A stretch of 54,618 nucleotides of DNA, counting the filler, from Catajapyx aquilonaris (Eukaryota): the NCBI GenBank assembly GCA_000934665.2. It is 3 parts of 3 records of this genome, joined end to end, with 100 filler letters (N's around TTAATTAATTAA, not from the genome) between each part and the next. Parts side by side here need not be neighbours in the genome. Positions count along the whole stretch, not along the records: positions 36,475 to 54,618 come from JYFJ02006762.1; 2 more parts are not named here. One strand, written 5' to 3'. The translations under genes were made by a program, and so were the position numbers. Below the pieces are notes generated by a model. It worked only from the letters and a program-made list of their open reading frames with translations, was not told the origin of the DNA and searched no databases. This document shows positions 36,761-49,518 of the stretch, piece after piece. Within the stretch, counting starts at the first letter, position 1. Each line of letters begins with the position of its first letter.

Positions 36761-39554
36761 TACTAGTTGTTAGTTCTTAATAATTGCTCATTGATAAAAT
36801 TATATTGTGCGTAATATTGGATATCTGCACCCAAAATGGCGTTATAATGTATGTCGTTCTTTATGATTATTTATGGTCGATTTTTAAATGAAATTGTGTT
36901 GACCTTACTGAGTCAACTTGAATTTTATTTTTTGCATTGTATTAATAATTATCTGGTAATAATAATGACTCACTTATTATTTCATGTAATGTTATGGTAA
37001 AATTTTGCCCACATAATGTCATTGCAATGTCAGTACCCAACATAAAAAGCACTTTTTTTTACTATCACTTGGCCTCTTTATGCTGAGATGTTCCTTACAT
37101 TTTTAGAGCAGATTTCGAGAACCCGAAATCGATATCACGAGGAAATTAAATGCAGAACAAAAATCGGGTCTTCTGAGTGCACCAAGTTCTTTCTCCTTCC
37201 CAAAAAAAAGGAGAACCTTCCATTACCTCCTTTCACGATCTATTCGGAAGCATAAAAAAATATCCTTTCAGCCAACCGGATTTCTCCAAAAAAATTTCCT
37301 CTCCCATATAGAAAATTGGTTCTTCCCATTTTGCCCTTGCCAATGGGATGCAAGCTTGACCTCGTGGTCATCTGGCGATGAACTTTTACGACCCTTCCTA
37401 GAGATAATGCCTGCGAACGACTTTTTATTCGGTCTGGAATGTCGCTTCTAGATGACTATGACGAAAGTTTCTAGAGAAGGTCCCCTCCAAAAAACCCGGC
37501 AGTAAATCTTCGCCTTTTGCATTCCTCGCAAGGATGAGCAGACAAAGGACCCCCCCTCTAGTTTTTTGGGACATTTCCCTAATGGTGTTCCATTGGAAGC
37601 GTAATTAAAATGGAGCTCGTAAATGAAAAAAGAGAGGGTCGTTTCGATAGGTGGTCTATATGCAAAATGCATGGAGAGAGATGCCGTATGATTTTCTGGC
37701 TATGAAACTTTTTAGTCGTGTCTGCAGGGATTGAGATAACAGAAGGGAGGGATATTAATGCAAATGGGTAATGATAGGCGCGTGAGAATAGATCAGTTAA
37801 ATGGTAGAAGCAATGAGATAATGGTAAAAAAAAAGTAGCCGAGAGAAAAAGTCGTGTATGAATATTGAACGGGAATAATAGACAATACTATGACAATTTC
37901 TAAATTGAAATCGAATTAACAGTGCGGGTATTAAAGGAGATAGTACTGTACGTTATAGTTAGTTATAGTGATGTATCGATATGTAGTCCAAGAGAGTTCA
38001 AGTTCATAGAAAATGTGTGGGAAACAATGTTGCAGATATAGAATTTCGATTTTCGATATTGCGTTGGTTTTCCTTGAATTATTACAATATGTGAAAGACG
38101 GGTATTAAGTAAACAAAATAACAAAAAGTAATCGAAATAAATCATGGTGATTTAATTTATTTCATTTTTATTATCTTATTAACTGTTAATGCCTTATTTT
38201 CTCTCATAGTTATTTTTTCCTCATGTATATTTCCTTACATTTATTTGTATTCATTTTGCTTCACTAATTAGGGTTATTTTCTTTATTTTTATGTATGCTT
38301 TATTTTTTAAATTTCCATTTAAATTTATTTTAATTCAGGTTCCGTATGTACAGTATCAAATATACATGATTGTACAGTATGCTTTTAAATGCAATTAGAG
38401 TATAATTATATTCACTGGATAAATCTTTTTCGATATAAGTATCACGAGGTTATTGCACAAGTTGGCCTATAAAAGTAACACAATAGAAACATATGGTGAC
38501 GTTTCATAGTCCCGAAGTCATATTGTGTCCACACTGATATGGAGAAAATGCAAAAACAAATTACAAGTTACAAGCTGTTTTCATTACACTGCGTAACTCT
38601 ACGTGATTGGATGCATCAGCGTCATAATGGGTTTGCAATTTGCATTATTAAAAGTGCCTGACGAACCCTCCCCATTCCCTCCCCGCTTTCGAGTCATTCA
38701 TTTAGCCATTTATGCATCTATCAGCCATCAAAACCGCAAACAAAATTGCGACTAATTTCAGGTTGCGTATAGTTTTTCGCAACATACGATGGCCACAATT
38801 CGCGCGATCGTAAACAATAAACCGATAGCTTGGCTTGGACTGGTCACTCACCTGCGGAAACTCCACACCGGCCATTTAATTTGCAACAATGCAATTTGTA
38901 CGCTAATCAGCGATCGTTACTGCTACAGGCGGTAATGAACCATCCATTTAGACTAATTCATGGGATTAAATAGTCATGTGAAACAAAATCTGCGAAATTA
39001 ACAGGACCACGATACGTTTCTTCCCGAATTTAAACATTTGTGTCACCACGAGTGGGGTGTTAAAATAGTTTAAAATATTGATTTCTATAACAAGCTATAC
39101 GTTATTATATAAAAATTGTGAGTGGACCAAATGGAATATTCATGATTATTTTGTCGAATATTTCATACAAGGTATTTGCAAACAAATTCCTTAAGAATTC
39201 TTCAATTGTAATAAAAAGGTTTATTTAAAGATTCGGCATGTTTTCAAAGCGAACTCTAAAAAACCCAACTTTTTTCTTTAAAAAAAGGCACAAGTACTTC
39301 TTCTTTCAATTCATCTCACTCACTCCAGTCCTCAATGGCCAAAGAAAGAAAGATTGAAGGGCAAAAAAAAAAGTTCCCCAGGAAATAACTGACAAGCCTT
39401 TAAAACTCCTGGAAAGCATTTTGAAAGAAGCACTTCTTCTTGATAAACGATGTCTTGAAGATGTTCTCAGAAATTCCAGCAATCCCCTTTTCCCCTCAGG
39501 GATTGAAGAGATACAAATGAGACGTCATGATGGGCTCAAATTCCACTAAAGTAG

Positions 39555-40888
39555 CCTAACCTAGCCCAACTTATTCCAACGTAACGTAACCTAACCATAA
39601 CCTAACCCCAGCTTATCTCTAACCTAATTTCACCTACGGTATCCTTACCCGTAACTTTCCCTACCATTCACTTTCCTCGCCATTCACTTTCCTCACCCTT
39701 CACTTTCTTCACCCTTAACTTTTCTAGCCCTTAACTTTTCTCACCCTTAACTTTTCTCACCCTTAACTTTCCTAACTCTTAACTTTCCTAACCCTTATCT
39801 TTCCTAACCCTTATCTTTCCTAGCCCTTAACTTTCCTCACCCTTAACTTTCCTCGCCCTTAACTTTTCTCACACTTAACTTTCGTAGCCCTTAACTTTCC
39901 TCACCCTTAACTTTCCTAGCCCTTAACCCCTTCGGCCCCAGATCGGCCCGAACCACACAGTTTTTGGCTTACGCGTACTCCGAAGATACGGACAAGATAT
40001 TTTGCAAATAATAACAGCTATACTTACGAGATCTGGGAAAACCCTATGAATGTGTCTGGAACCATTTTACTCGTCTAGAAGTCCCTAAATTAATTTCCAA
40101 AAAAGGGCTATAATAACTCAAAATTGGACTACTGCCGCCCAACTTTTAGGTTTATTTAATTATGAAATGCGTGAAAATATGCGGAATAACTACTTTGAGA
40201 ACCATACCAGAGGAATTTGCTGAAATCGTCGTCCTTTGCGAGAAATAAATTAATACTTATTTGAGGCTTTCTGGCACTTCGGAAAACTTCGGAAAACTCC
40301 CAAATTTATGTGTTTCTCATGAAGTACGACGATTTCAGAAAATTCATCTCATACTCATTTAGGAGTTTTCCTCAGTGCTAGAAAGCCGCAAATAAATATT
40401 AATTTATTTCTCGCAAAGTACGACGATTTCAGAAAATTCGTCTGGCATGGTTCTCATGGTTGTTATTCCGCATATTTTCACGCATTTCATAATAAAATCA
40501 GCCTACAAGTTGGGCGGCAGTAGTCCAATTTCGAGTTATTATAGCCCTTTTTTGGAAATTAATTTAGGGACTTCTAGACGAGTAAAATGGTTCCAGACAC
40601 ATTCATAGGGTTTTCCCAGATCTCGTAAGTATAGCTGCTATTATTTGCAAAATATCTTGTCCGTATCTTCGGAGTACGCGTAAGCCAAAAACTGTGTGGT
40701 TCGGGCCGATCTGGGGCCGAAGGGGTTAACTTTCCTAGCCCTTAACTTTCCTCACACTTAACTTTCCTACCCCTTAACTTTCCTCACACTTAACTTTCCT
40801 ACCCCTCAACTTTCCTACCCCTCAACTTTCCTACCCCTTAACTTTCTTAACCCTTATCTCTCCTTAACCAAACATAATCTAACCTAAT
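39555..40888. repeat. 16-bp CCCTTAACTTTCCT(AG/CA/AA) minisatellite with CCTAA-rich edges, interrupted by a piggyBac MITE
   Basis: Units run about 39640-39926 and resume in register at 40726-40866; TAACC/CCTAA repeats occur at both margins. Confidence 0.9.
39927..40725. mobile_element. piggyBac-type non-autonomous element, 799 bp, almost fully palindromic
   Basis: TTAA|CCCCTTCGGCCCCAGATCGG ... CCGATCTGGGGCCGAAGGGG|TTAA. Arms about 39927-40278 and 40374-40725; the outer 200 bp or so are nearly perfect. Confidence 0.92.
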
Positions 40889-41964
40889 TTTTGAGAGGGA
40901 AGCTGACGTCACCCAACTTGTGCCGCCATCTGCGGGCAACCACACGAACATATTACGTGTTTTACAGCGAGAAAAACATTGCTGGATCGGCCCCAATTAA
41001 ACCTAGTTTTAGAGGCGTCGTATCGGCTGGTAGTGTCGACTTTTCGTACATTTTTAGTCCGTCCCAGCAGAGCCAGTTTTGTGCTAATTAGCCCATATGC
41101 ATAGCGAGGTCCTTCATCCGGAAATAACTTGGCTCTGCTTTTCATGCAGATTTCGCTTGGCTAAGATCCTAACCGTCTATTCCCTCAGCTCTCCTAGTTT
41201 CAAGGCGACTTGCAAAATTCCATTTCGCGAGCAAAGTGACGTAGTATAATAACCGTGGCAAAAAGTCAAGTTAAACAACAAAGGGGAAGGGGTTTGTCGG
41301 TGCCAAAAATTTGAGCTCAAAAAATGAAATATTCAACTTTTGACAACACTTTAATTGAAACGATCAGTCAGTGCGAATTTTCTGCAAAATTTTTTCATAT
41401 TAACACTGTCTAGCTGTAATGAATAAAAAAAATCCGACATATGCCATGACCCATTTAACGTCAGCTAAAAAAAAATTTCAGGCCTACAAAAGCTCACAAA
41501 AAATATTTCCATGTCAGTGCGAAACATTTTTGCCAAAAAAAGGGCTTGCTAGGAAGCCTCAAGCTGTGCGAGCCTTTAATGGACAATCCCTGTCGTCGAT
41601 CTGCTCAACGTGAGCTCCAACTTTTGGGTGACATGCTATGACGGTGGGGGTTGGTGGGGGATAGTTTGAACCATGAATAGTACAAGGGGAGGGAATGAGT
41701 TAGAGCCAATAATCTTGGGAAGGGGGGGGGTGTAGGTTGCTGCCATGTTCGTTTCGCACGGAATGGATAGATAAGGCAAAGGTTCCAGACTATGTTAAAA
41801 ATTTCGCCCAGATGACAAATTAGTGCGCAAAGGTATTTATACCTGACAAGTCCAGCAGGAAGCGTGACCAATCAAGATCATATATTTAAAAAAAAAATGG
41901 CACAAGAAACATTGTAACAAATTCGGTTGTTGGCATCTGGTGGAGTATGGACGACCCACAATGC

Positions 41965-42030
41965 TCATCCTGGACACCAGGCAACCCTTCAGCCACCCTT
42001 GCCTGAAGGGTTGCCTGTTGTCCAGGATGA
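41965..42030. repeat. 28-bp hairpin
   Basis: TCATCCTGGACACCAGGCAACCCTTCAG / CTGAAGGGTTGCCTGTTGTCCAGGATGA, one mismatch, 10-bp loop. Confidence 0.85.
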
Positions 42031-42360
42031 AAAGTTGGAATTATTTCCAACGCATAACAGGCAGGGGTTGGCTTACACCTCTGAGATGGGGACGCCATTG
42101 TTAGTCCATGTTGTGCTATGTGAGTGTACTACACCGTTTTACGCAGCAAAAAGTACAAAATTGCACAAATAAAATAAATTATACATGATTGGAAAATCAC
42201 GTGAGCGTGATTATAGTAGACTTTTTCATACCACCCATAACTCATTTTCGGCCAAAAGTATACTTACCCTTTCCCATCCCTCCCCTACCATCAGACTGCC
42301 CTTTCCAATTTAAAAAATCTATAATGGCAAACTCATCTGTTAGACCTTCTTTCATCCATC

Positions 42361-42624
42361 GGAAAAAGTCTTATAGCACGGCTCTGTCGGTCCGTCCGTC
42401 TGTGGACAAGTATCAGGGGGTAGGAAGAGGCAAGGGTGATCTGGGGGAGGGGGCGGTGGGGGGACTGGGAGGTCAGGGGTAAGAGGTGGTGGGGGAAAGG
42501 GTCAGTGAGGGCAGCCAGGGGGAAGGGGTAGATCGAGTGAACCCGCCGACAATTGGAAAAAGTGTCTGTCTGTCTGTCTGATACCTGTCCACAGACAGAC
42601 AAAGCCGTTTTATAAGCCTTTTTC
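42361..42624. mobile_element. DINE-1/Helentron-like non-autonomous element remnant
   Basis: GTCC/GTCT microsatellite next to GAAAAAG.CTTATA..ACGGCT, present twice in inverted orientation (42361-42416 and 42578-42624) around a G-rich core. Confidence 0.45.
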
Positions 42625-42656
42625 TCTCGAAAAAGTATCAAATAAACTAGCTTATA

Positions 42657-42978
42657 CAGGGTGTTTCAACTTTTTCGTCCGAACAGTAGTTATCCGGAAA
42701 TTGCATGTAGCTGCTACTTTTGTAAACAGTGATTTGCAAACTGTGATTTTTTCGGAGGAATGTGGAATTTCCCTGCGAATCGTATTTTGAAGTGGCATAC
42801 CGCTGATGGCTCGCTGAAAATTGAAGGTCAAGCATGGAAAAAAGAGGGTCACACATGCCATATGGGACGTATGTGTGGCCCTCTTTTTCCACATTCCTCC
42901 GACAAATCACTGCTTACAAAGTAGCAGCTACGTGCAATTTTCTGATAACTGTTCGGACAAAAAAGTTGAGACCCCCTG
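42657..42978. mobile_element. Tc1/mariner-type MITE (322 bp)
   Basis: TA|CAGGGTGTTTCAACTTTTT...AAAAAGTTGAGACCCCCTG|TA with about 78-bp imperfect TIRs and an internal hairpin at 42836-42890. Confidence 0.85.
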
Positions 42979-43899
42979 TATACTGTTATACAGTTACAAA
43001 AAAATTCTCAATAGCATATTAGTGAAAAATTCGCATTCCCGTCGAACGAATTTGCATCGGGCTAACTATGATGGAACCATTTCCAATACATAACAGGCAG
43101 GGTTGGCTTACATCTTACAGGTGGAGGACGCCATTTTTAGTCCATTTTGTGCAATGCGAATGTACCGCACCGTTTTATTAGCGAGAAATATCACATAAAT
43201 AAAATAAATTGAAAATTAGCAATTACTTACGAAAAATTCTCAATATATCGGCGACAAATTCGCAAAAAAATCGCACTCCCACGTTCTGCAAAAACCTCCG
43301 TTATTTTTTTTACAACCGCTTCTAAACCTCCAATCAATATGCAGTCTAGCAGACCAGCTGGTTAACTTCCTAGAGACTTCATTCAGGCTACTAAAGAGCT
43401 GGAGCGGGCTCGAAAAAAACGCGAAAGTCCTACGCCATTACTGTTGCAGAAAGAATAATTTAGAGCCCTACCAAGTTGCTGTGTAACTTGGAAAAAGCCT
43501 GCCGTGTTTCTAATTACACGGCTGTTTATTTTAGGAGCGGATGTTACCCACCCCTTCTAAAGCTGGATGGAAAATATTGTGTTTAAGAGTCTTAACAATC
43601 ATCTGAATGGACTTATGACATATGGCTATAATATCTATCGCTTTTTTTATTATTTTATAGCTAGAGCTGAAGAGGGACATGACCAGCGGGTTGCGTCACT
43701 CTTCCGCTTCTGAAGATGCAAACGACACCGGCATGTGGCTTCACACACGCTGAGATTCGACAAGACTTCTCGCAAGGTGAGCAATTTGCTAGAGTCAATG
43801 CACAGCTGGAGTGGTATTAAACTGTGCGAAAATTTCGCACGCTTCATCATACGTCAAATGTTGAGAAAAGTTGTTCAAATATTTGGAAAATGCGACTCG

Positions 43900-44640
43900 C
43901 AAAAAATAATAATTCAAGTATATAAATCATGGCGATAGTTGAAGGATACCATCGATAACTTAATAGCAAACAAAATTCAAGAAAAATCTTAGGAAATTGG
44001 TGATACAATTGAAAATATTTAGCAAAAACGTTTGCAGTAGAAAAGTCATGGCAGATAGTTGGACGATACTATCGACAACAATTTATGATAAAAAATTCAA
44101 GGGAAATAACTCTCAAATAGTGAGAGGAAACTATTAAAAATCTACTATTCAGAACATCTTCCTCAAGAAAAATTCAATGTAAAAATTATGACAGGTAGTT
44201 GAAAGATACCATCGTTAATTTAATAACAAACAAAATTCAAAGGAAACCTTTCTACAGCAGAAAAATCATGGCTCATACCATCGATAATAATTTATTGCAA
44301 ATAAATCAAGGGAAATAATTCGGAAACTATTGGAGGAAACTCGAGGAAACTATTGAAAACCTCCAAAATAACTTCTCGGAAAAATTCTCGGAAATACTGC
44401 AATTGTAGGATATCATCGAAAATATATCAAAAAATATTTAAAGGGTGAAAATTTTGGCAGAGTTGAAGGACACCATCGATAATGGCGAACTTTTTTTTGG
44501 TGGGGGGGGGGGNTTTGAAATTTCCCGAGAAAACTTTCCAGGAGAAAATACTCAAAAATGGAGGTAACTATCGATAATTTCACGCGAAATCTTTCCAGGC
44601 GAAAATCTTCGGAAATAGTTTGGAGAATACCATCGAAAAT
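43900..44640. repeat. Degenerate tandem repeat carrying a GTTGAAGGATACCATCGAT-like motif
   Basis: The motif recurs about seven times at irregular 60-200 bp spacing, often followed by AAAATTCAAG. Confidence 0.6.
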
Positions 44641-45856
44641 CTCTCTCAAAAAAATGTTTCCCGGGGAATAATGGGGATGGAAAATCCTCGTGGGATTAAA
44701 TTCCGACTTCATGACGCAGTAAAAACCTGTTTCAGAAAAGAGACGGGGTAGAGATAGGATGGGATTTACTGCCAGCTTTTTCCCACTTTTTTTTTCACTC
44801 GCGGCGAGCGAAGGACAGAGTGTGAGACGTGCTTTTTTGAGCTGAAGAAAAAGGCATGAAATTCATTCAACTCTGAAACCGCTGATAAATATTATGGCGC
44901 CGACGAAAGTCTCCAAGATTTAGGTAGAAATATGGCTTGGCTGAGGGTGCTAAAAGAAGCTGATTTCGCCATGATACTATCGGGGGAAAAAATCATCATG
45001 AATATTATGTTGTGTCTCATGACATTAAAAGTTTCGTCAAAACTCTTGGTGAATCATTATCTGCCATAATTCTAGAAATGTTAATAAACAAATGGAAAAT
45101 TATCTCTAAATTGGTGAAAAGTGGCACTAACTATTTTCAATTATTTTTAAATATTACTGCATAAATTGTTATCGTATTTTAACTACTACAACGACAGCGT
45201 AATAAAGCCAGGTTACATTTTGACCATGCGCCAAACAGTATGGAGGGTGAAGCTAGGATTTAGTTGGACAATAGTAAGTCGATACCATCACTCACTACAA
45301 CATGATGACAATCTGCTTTAAAAACAACTCTTGCTTATAAACAATTCTTATGATTTGGCTTCCAGCCAGTGTCGGTACATGCCCAGACATACAATCTTCC
45401 AGATGATACTATCGATAAGGACCGTGAATTATGTTGTACCTCTCTAGATTAACATGTCCACAATGCGTGCCAACCCTTAGCAAGATCAAGGCCGACTCTA
45501 CCTCCCAGTTTCGCTCATTCTGGCCAAACACATCGATTGCGTGTGGCAAGATCTGATACGCAACTACTGCAATCGCCCTGGCGTCAAGTGTCAGGATGGA
45601 AGTGAGGACAGTGTCGGGTTGGCCGGGGGCAAAGTTTGCCCAGCAGAAAAGCCATTAGCGGGTTTTCTGCTAGCTAGAGTACACGTGGCTGGAAATTGAC
45701 TTGGCGGATAAAGTAGTGCCAAAAAAGACTTGCCAAATCACGTGCTTGTGTCAACGATGGATATGCCCAATCTGATAGGAGACTATGAGAATCGAGGATA
45801 GTATGAAATATGAACTATTGATACTGTATATAGCACAAAAATCGCATGATCTCTCA

Positions 45857-45965
45857 TAGTTATTTGTACGTTATTAATAATTAATAACGTACAAATAACT
45901 ATTTTCTAATAGCTTGAAACAATTTTTTATATTTGCAAAAAATTGTTTCAAGCTATGAGAAAATA
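45857..45965. repeat. Two adjacent AT-rich hairpins
   Basis: TAGTTATTTGTACGTTATTAAT-A-ATTAATAACGTACAAATAACTA, followed directly by TTTTCTAATAGCTTGAAACAATTTTTT...AAAAAATTGTTTCAAGCTATGAGAAAA. Confidence 0.8.
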
Positions 45966-47545
45966 TTTTTGAACGAAACTTAACCAAAAGATTGATGCTG
46001 ATAACCATATGTCGTATATAATTTTTTTAATGCTATCATTCTTATATAATTGAACTGTTTAAAAATAATAATCAATTTATTTCTAGTTTTGACAAATTAA
46101 AATATTTTACCAGTTGTAGGCCTATAGTGATTTTTTATTGATAATGTTCATAAAAGGCTTATTGAAACATTTTGGAACTATTATTATTAAATACTTATCA
46201 ACTGTTAAAAATCTTAAGCTATTTTTCTAACACTTTAGTGCTATTGTTTTTAACTGTTAATTTTTATGACTGGAAAATGCTGTTACATATCGCGATTTTC
46301 AACCTTCTATAATTATATTTGACAATGTTTCACATTTAGTTCTAAATATTGATATTGTCTTTAAACTTTACCATGAAGTTCATTAAAAAATTTAACCAAT
46401 TGCGAGAAAACAACTACTTTTTATGGCATGATAACGTACAAATTTGCAAGCAACAGTTAGCTGTTATTGCTGCAAAAAATATCGCTACTTTTTTTCAATG
46501 GGACCTCACATAATATTGCTGAATATGGCTGAATAACTCATTGAAAGTAAGACACAATTGGCGTTTAATTCAAGTGAAATAAAGTCGTAAATGCCATTAA
46601 CTACTTTGCGAAATCTCATTTCCGGCCAGATAGTTTTACAGCCTGTATACCAGGCCGGAATCCTATAAAACCGTCTGTAACTGTCAAGACCATGAAGCAT
46701 TGGCTGTAATAATATTTCACTTGTTTCGCAACAAAACTTTGATTTATGATTCGCCCAAGATAATTTTCGCGAAAAAAAATTATTCGCATATATATTGAGC
46801 ACCATGATCGTGACCGATCGCTTCTTAGAAAAATGCTATTGGCTGAATAAAAATTTGGCCGTTTCCTGCCTTGCACTTCCTTATGACTTTCCAGCCATTG
46901 TTTCGACCGCCTGTTGCCAAATTTTTACCAACTTTTTTTTTCGCAAAATAATTTTTTTGAAAGATGGCCAGACATTATTTGAACCTTTTTGGCCGGCATT
47001 CAAATACATGTATAGTTGTTGCGTGTTGAGTTTATTATTGTCCAGACAAATTTTGGATTTGGAAGCTTACGGTACGTATAGATATATATTTTTTTTTGAT
47101 TCCGCAGCTAACTACATATTAAGCTTAAAGTCATAAATAAGCCATTGTTCTGAAGCTATTACTGTAGTAAATTTAGGTTTTTTGGAGGGCACATCAAGTT
47201 CTACCCTCCCAAGCGCAATAAAAACTGGTTGTGAAATAAAACCTGGCTCGTTTGGCGAAAACGGTAGTGCAAATTTGACACCCACTGTTTGCGAAGTGGT
47301 ATTTTGCCAGTCAGTACACTTCCGGCGTTTGGTGCAGTCGGAGTTACGACATTCGTTGCTCTCTGTGTCCTCTTCCCCAAAAAAATCGAGCAGCCATTTT
47401 GGATCCGTGATTGACCTGTTGCATCGCTTGTGAAGTTTCGTAACATTTGTGGATGTAACATATTGGATAATACAAAAAGTGCAAGTGCGCGTTTGGAAAG
47501 TTCCTGTACCAATCATTCAGGTTTGATAGTGTGAGTGTCATAGAA

Positions 47546-47735
47546 CTAGCAGGGAACCCGTTCTTCGCACGGGCATCGATAAATGAGAGCATATTGTAAA
47601 ACCTGTGCTAAGTACAAAAATCCTAAATTTTGTGTATTTTGACACAAAAAGTGCTGTTTTCGTACTTTTTCCGAAATAACGGACATCGGTTTTCCAAGTT
47701 TCAGTACTCTCAGTAGTTGAAAGTGGGTTAGGTAG
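47546..47735 (-). mobile_element. Non-autonomous Helitron-like fragment (3' end)
   Basis: The minus strand ends CCCGT-GCGAAGA-ACGGG ttccctg CTAG|T: a short GC-rich hairpin just upstream of CTAG followed by T. The 5' boundary is uncertain. Confidence 0.5.
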
Positions 47736-48339
47736 CCGTTACATAGCCTACATATGTACAGTAATTTGTCTCAATAAGTTTTGGCCACTTTATCCTGGTC
47801 TTGAAGCAACACACCTGCTAACCGTGCGGCCTGTGCGAAGGGTTGCTTCAAGACCAGGACAAACTGTCTACTTTGTATGTAGAGATTGACATCAGTTTGT
47901 GCCTCTGTTTGTCCAGGGGTCATCAGGATGCATGCACGACTTTGTGAGTGACAGAGCCACATATCTGAGGGATGTGGTACTACATGTACAGTGCTGCCAT
48001 CTGACTGATATCGCTCCTTCATATAACCACCTTCACATCTTTATTTCCTCACAGATGCAAGAATGAGGCGTACCTCGGCCGTCGTGCCAGCGTCGCGCCA
48101 CCTGCTAACCAGTCGTCCAACCTCAAGTACCCCGGGAGGCCGCCGCTGCCGCAGACGACCCTGCTGCAGAGGTCACCTCCCGGTCAAATGGGTCAGCCCA
48201 GTGGGTAGCGGCCGCGAGTGAGGAATATCCCATAGTGGCAGTGAGAGTGCATGTGCGCGGGTGCTACGTGGCTATTGTCTGAGGTGGCGGTGGTGGTGGT
48301 GGTGGTCAACCTTTTCCTCCTACTATCATTACCATTACC

Positions 48340-48627
48340 ATGGACGGTTCGAGTCAAAATGGCGATAGTCTCCGGAGGAGGATGCATGGTATGTCCTTCC
48401 GAGCTTTTCGAGAAGAAGGTAGTAGCTCCTCCTTCACACCGTTCACCCGCGACTCGTTGCAAAAGCTCGAGGAGAGGACGGCTAGTATTGTGCGCAGCTA
48501 TGGTTTCTTGCCCAAAAAGAAGAGGGCTATCGAGGATGGGGACGAACTACCGGATAAGTACGAGCCATTCCCTAGGAAGCTTTATGGGAAGCCGCTGGAA
48601 GAGGTGGACCACTTCATCTACGACGAG
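48340..48627 (+). CDS. NaCP60E: First coding exon of a DSC1/BSC1/NaCP60E (Nav2-type) voltage-gated cation channel; the gene continues beyond the window
   Basis: FTPFTRDSLQKLEER..IVRSYGFLPKKKRAIEDGDELPDKYEPFPRKLYGKPLEEVDHFIYDE matches the DSC1-family N-terminus as I recall it (YGF.P....EDGD.LP.K.EPFP...YGKPLEE.D.FIY.E). accATGg context, in-frame stop at 48280, donor GAG|gtcagt at 48628 and likely acceptor tttcctcacag ending at 48054. Confidence 0.9.
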
Positions 48628-49518
48628 GTCAGTATCGATGTTTTTCTATTGATGGATATCAATCCGAGATAATATTTGTATCGTCGAAAATACTATCGAT
48701 AATAATTTATAGATAAATTTCGATATATTGGTATTGACTGGCGGTAGACGTGCAGACACAATCGATGTGCCACATCAAAGCTTAGGTTTCGAATATACTA
48801 TTTGTAAAGGTATCGATTTGTCACACTTGATATATTGGTATCAACCGGCGATAGATATCTACGCAGGTATCCATATTCAGGGCTAACGCTGGGGTATCCT
48901 AACAGGCCTTCTTTGTCGATGTTAGCTGATAGTAAAATTGGTGTCGAAAGTCGATATAGACTACAATATTTATAATATACTATCGATAATCTCTAGATTG
49001 GGTATCGAACTCCAGCTATTAACAAGATTGCAAGCGTGCTGACATCATATACAGCCAGCAACAATCAAGACGCCGCAGCGAACGGTACACAATTGCAAGG
49101 AAGTCACAATTAGTCACGTCATCTAAATCATATTCGCGTCGCATTGTTGCTTCTAACGAAACTGATGGCTGGGGTGAACACTTCAGTCTCTGTTCCCAAT
49201 AAAAAAATCAAGTAAATTTGCACTTCTCACACATGCACCGTACTATCATATCGTCGGTCAGTTATCTAATATCATATTATCAGTATCGTTTAATTCGCAA
49301 ACAATGGTAACTTTATTATCCCCAAGTGCTATGAACTTCCCCCAGATTATTACCGCAAAGGCCAATAGTAAGCATAAGATCCATGTATTAAATTCAATCA
49401 ATATTATTAATAATAACTCATAAAATAACAAACAATAATATAACTTAAATAAAACTGGTAATTGTTAGTTAGCTTATTAGGTATTTATTATACCATTAGC
49501 TCTGTAACTAATTACTAT

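Noticed and set aside
39555..39625. Interstitial telomere
   Set aside because: Only a few degenerate CCTAA units, with no sustained perfect array.
47112..47592. Cys-rich minus-strand ORFs, possible transposase zinc finger
   Set aside because: The motif spacing does not convincingly match a family I can name; no catalytic domain or TIRs seen.
48251..48652. 133-aa ORF with a hydrophobic stretch overlapping the channel exon
   Set aside because: Alternative frame; the poly-Val comes from a GTG repeat, and the 48340 frame carries the DSC1 homology. Kept only as a possible overlapping uORF.
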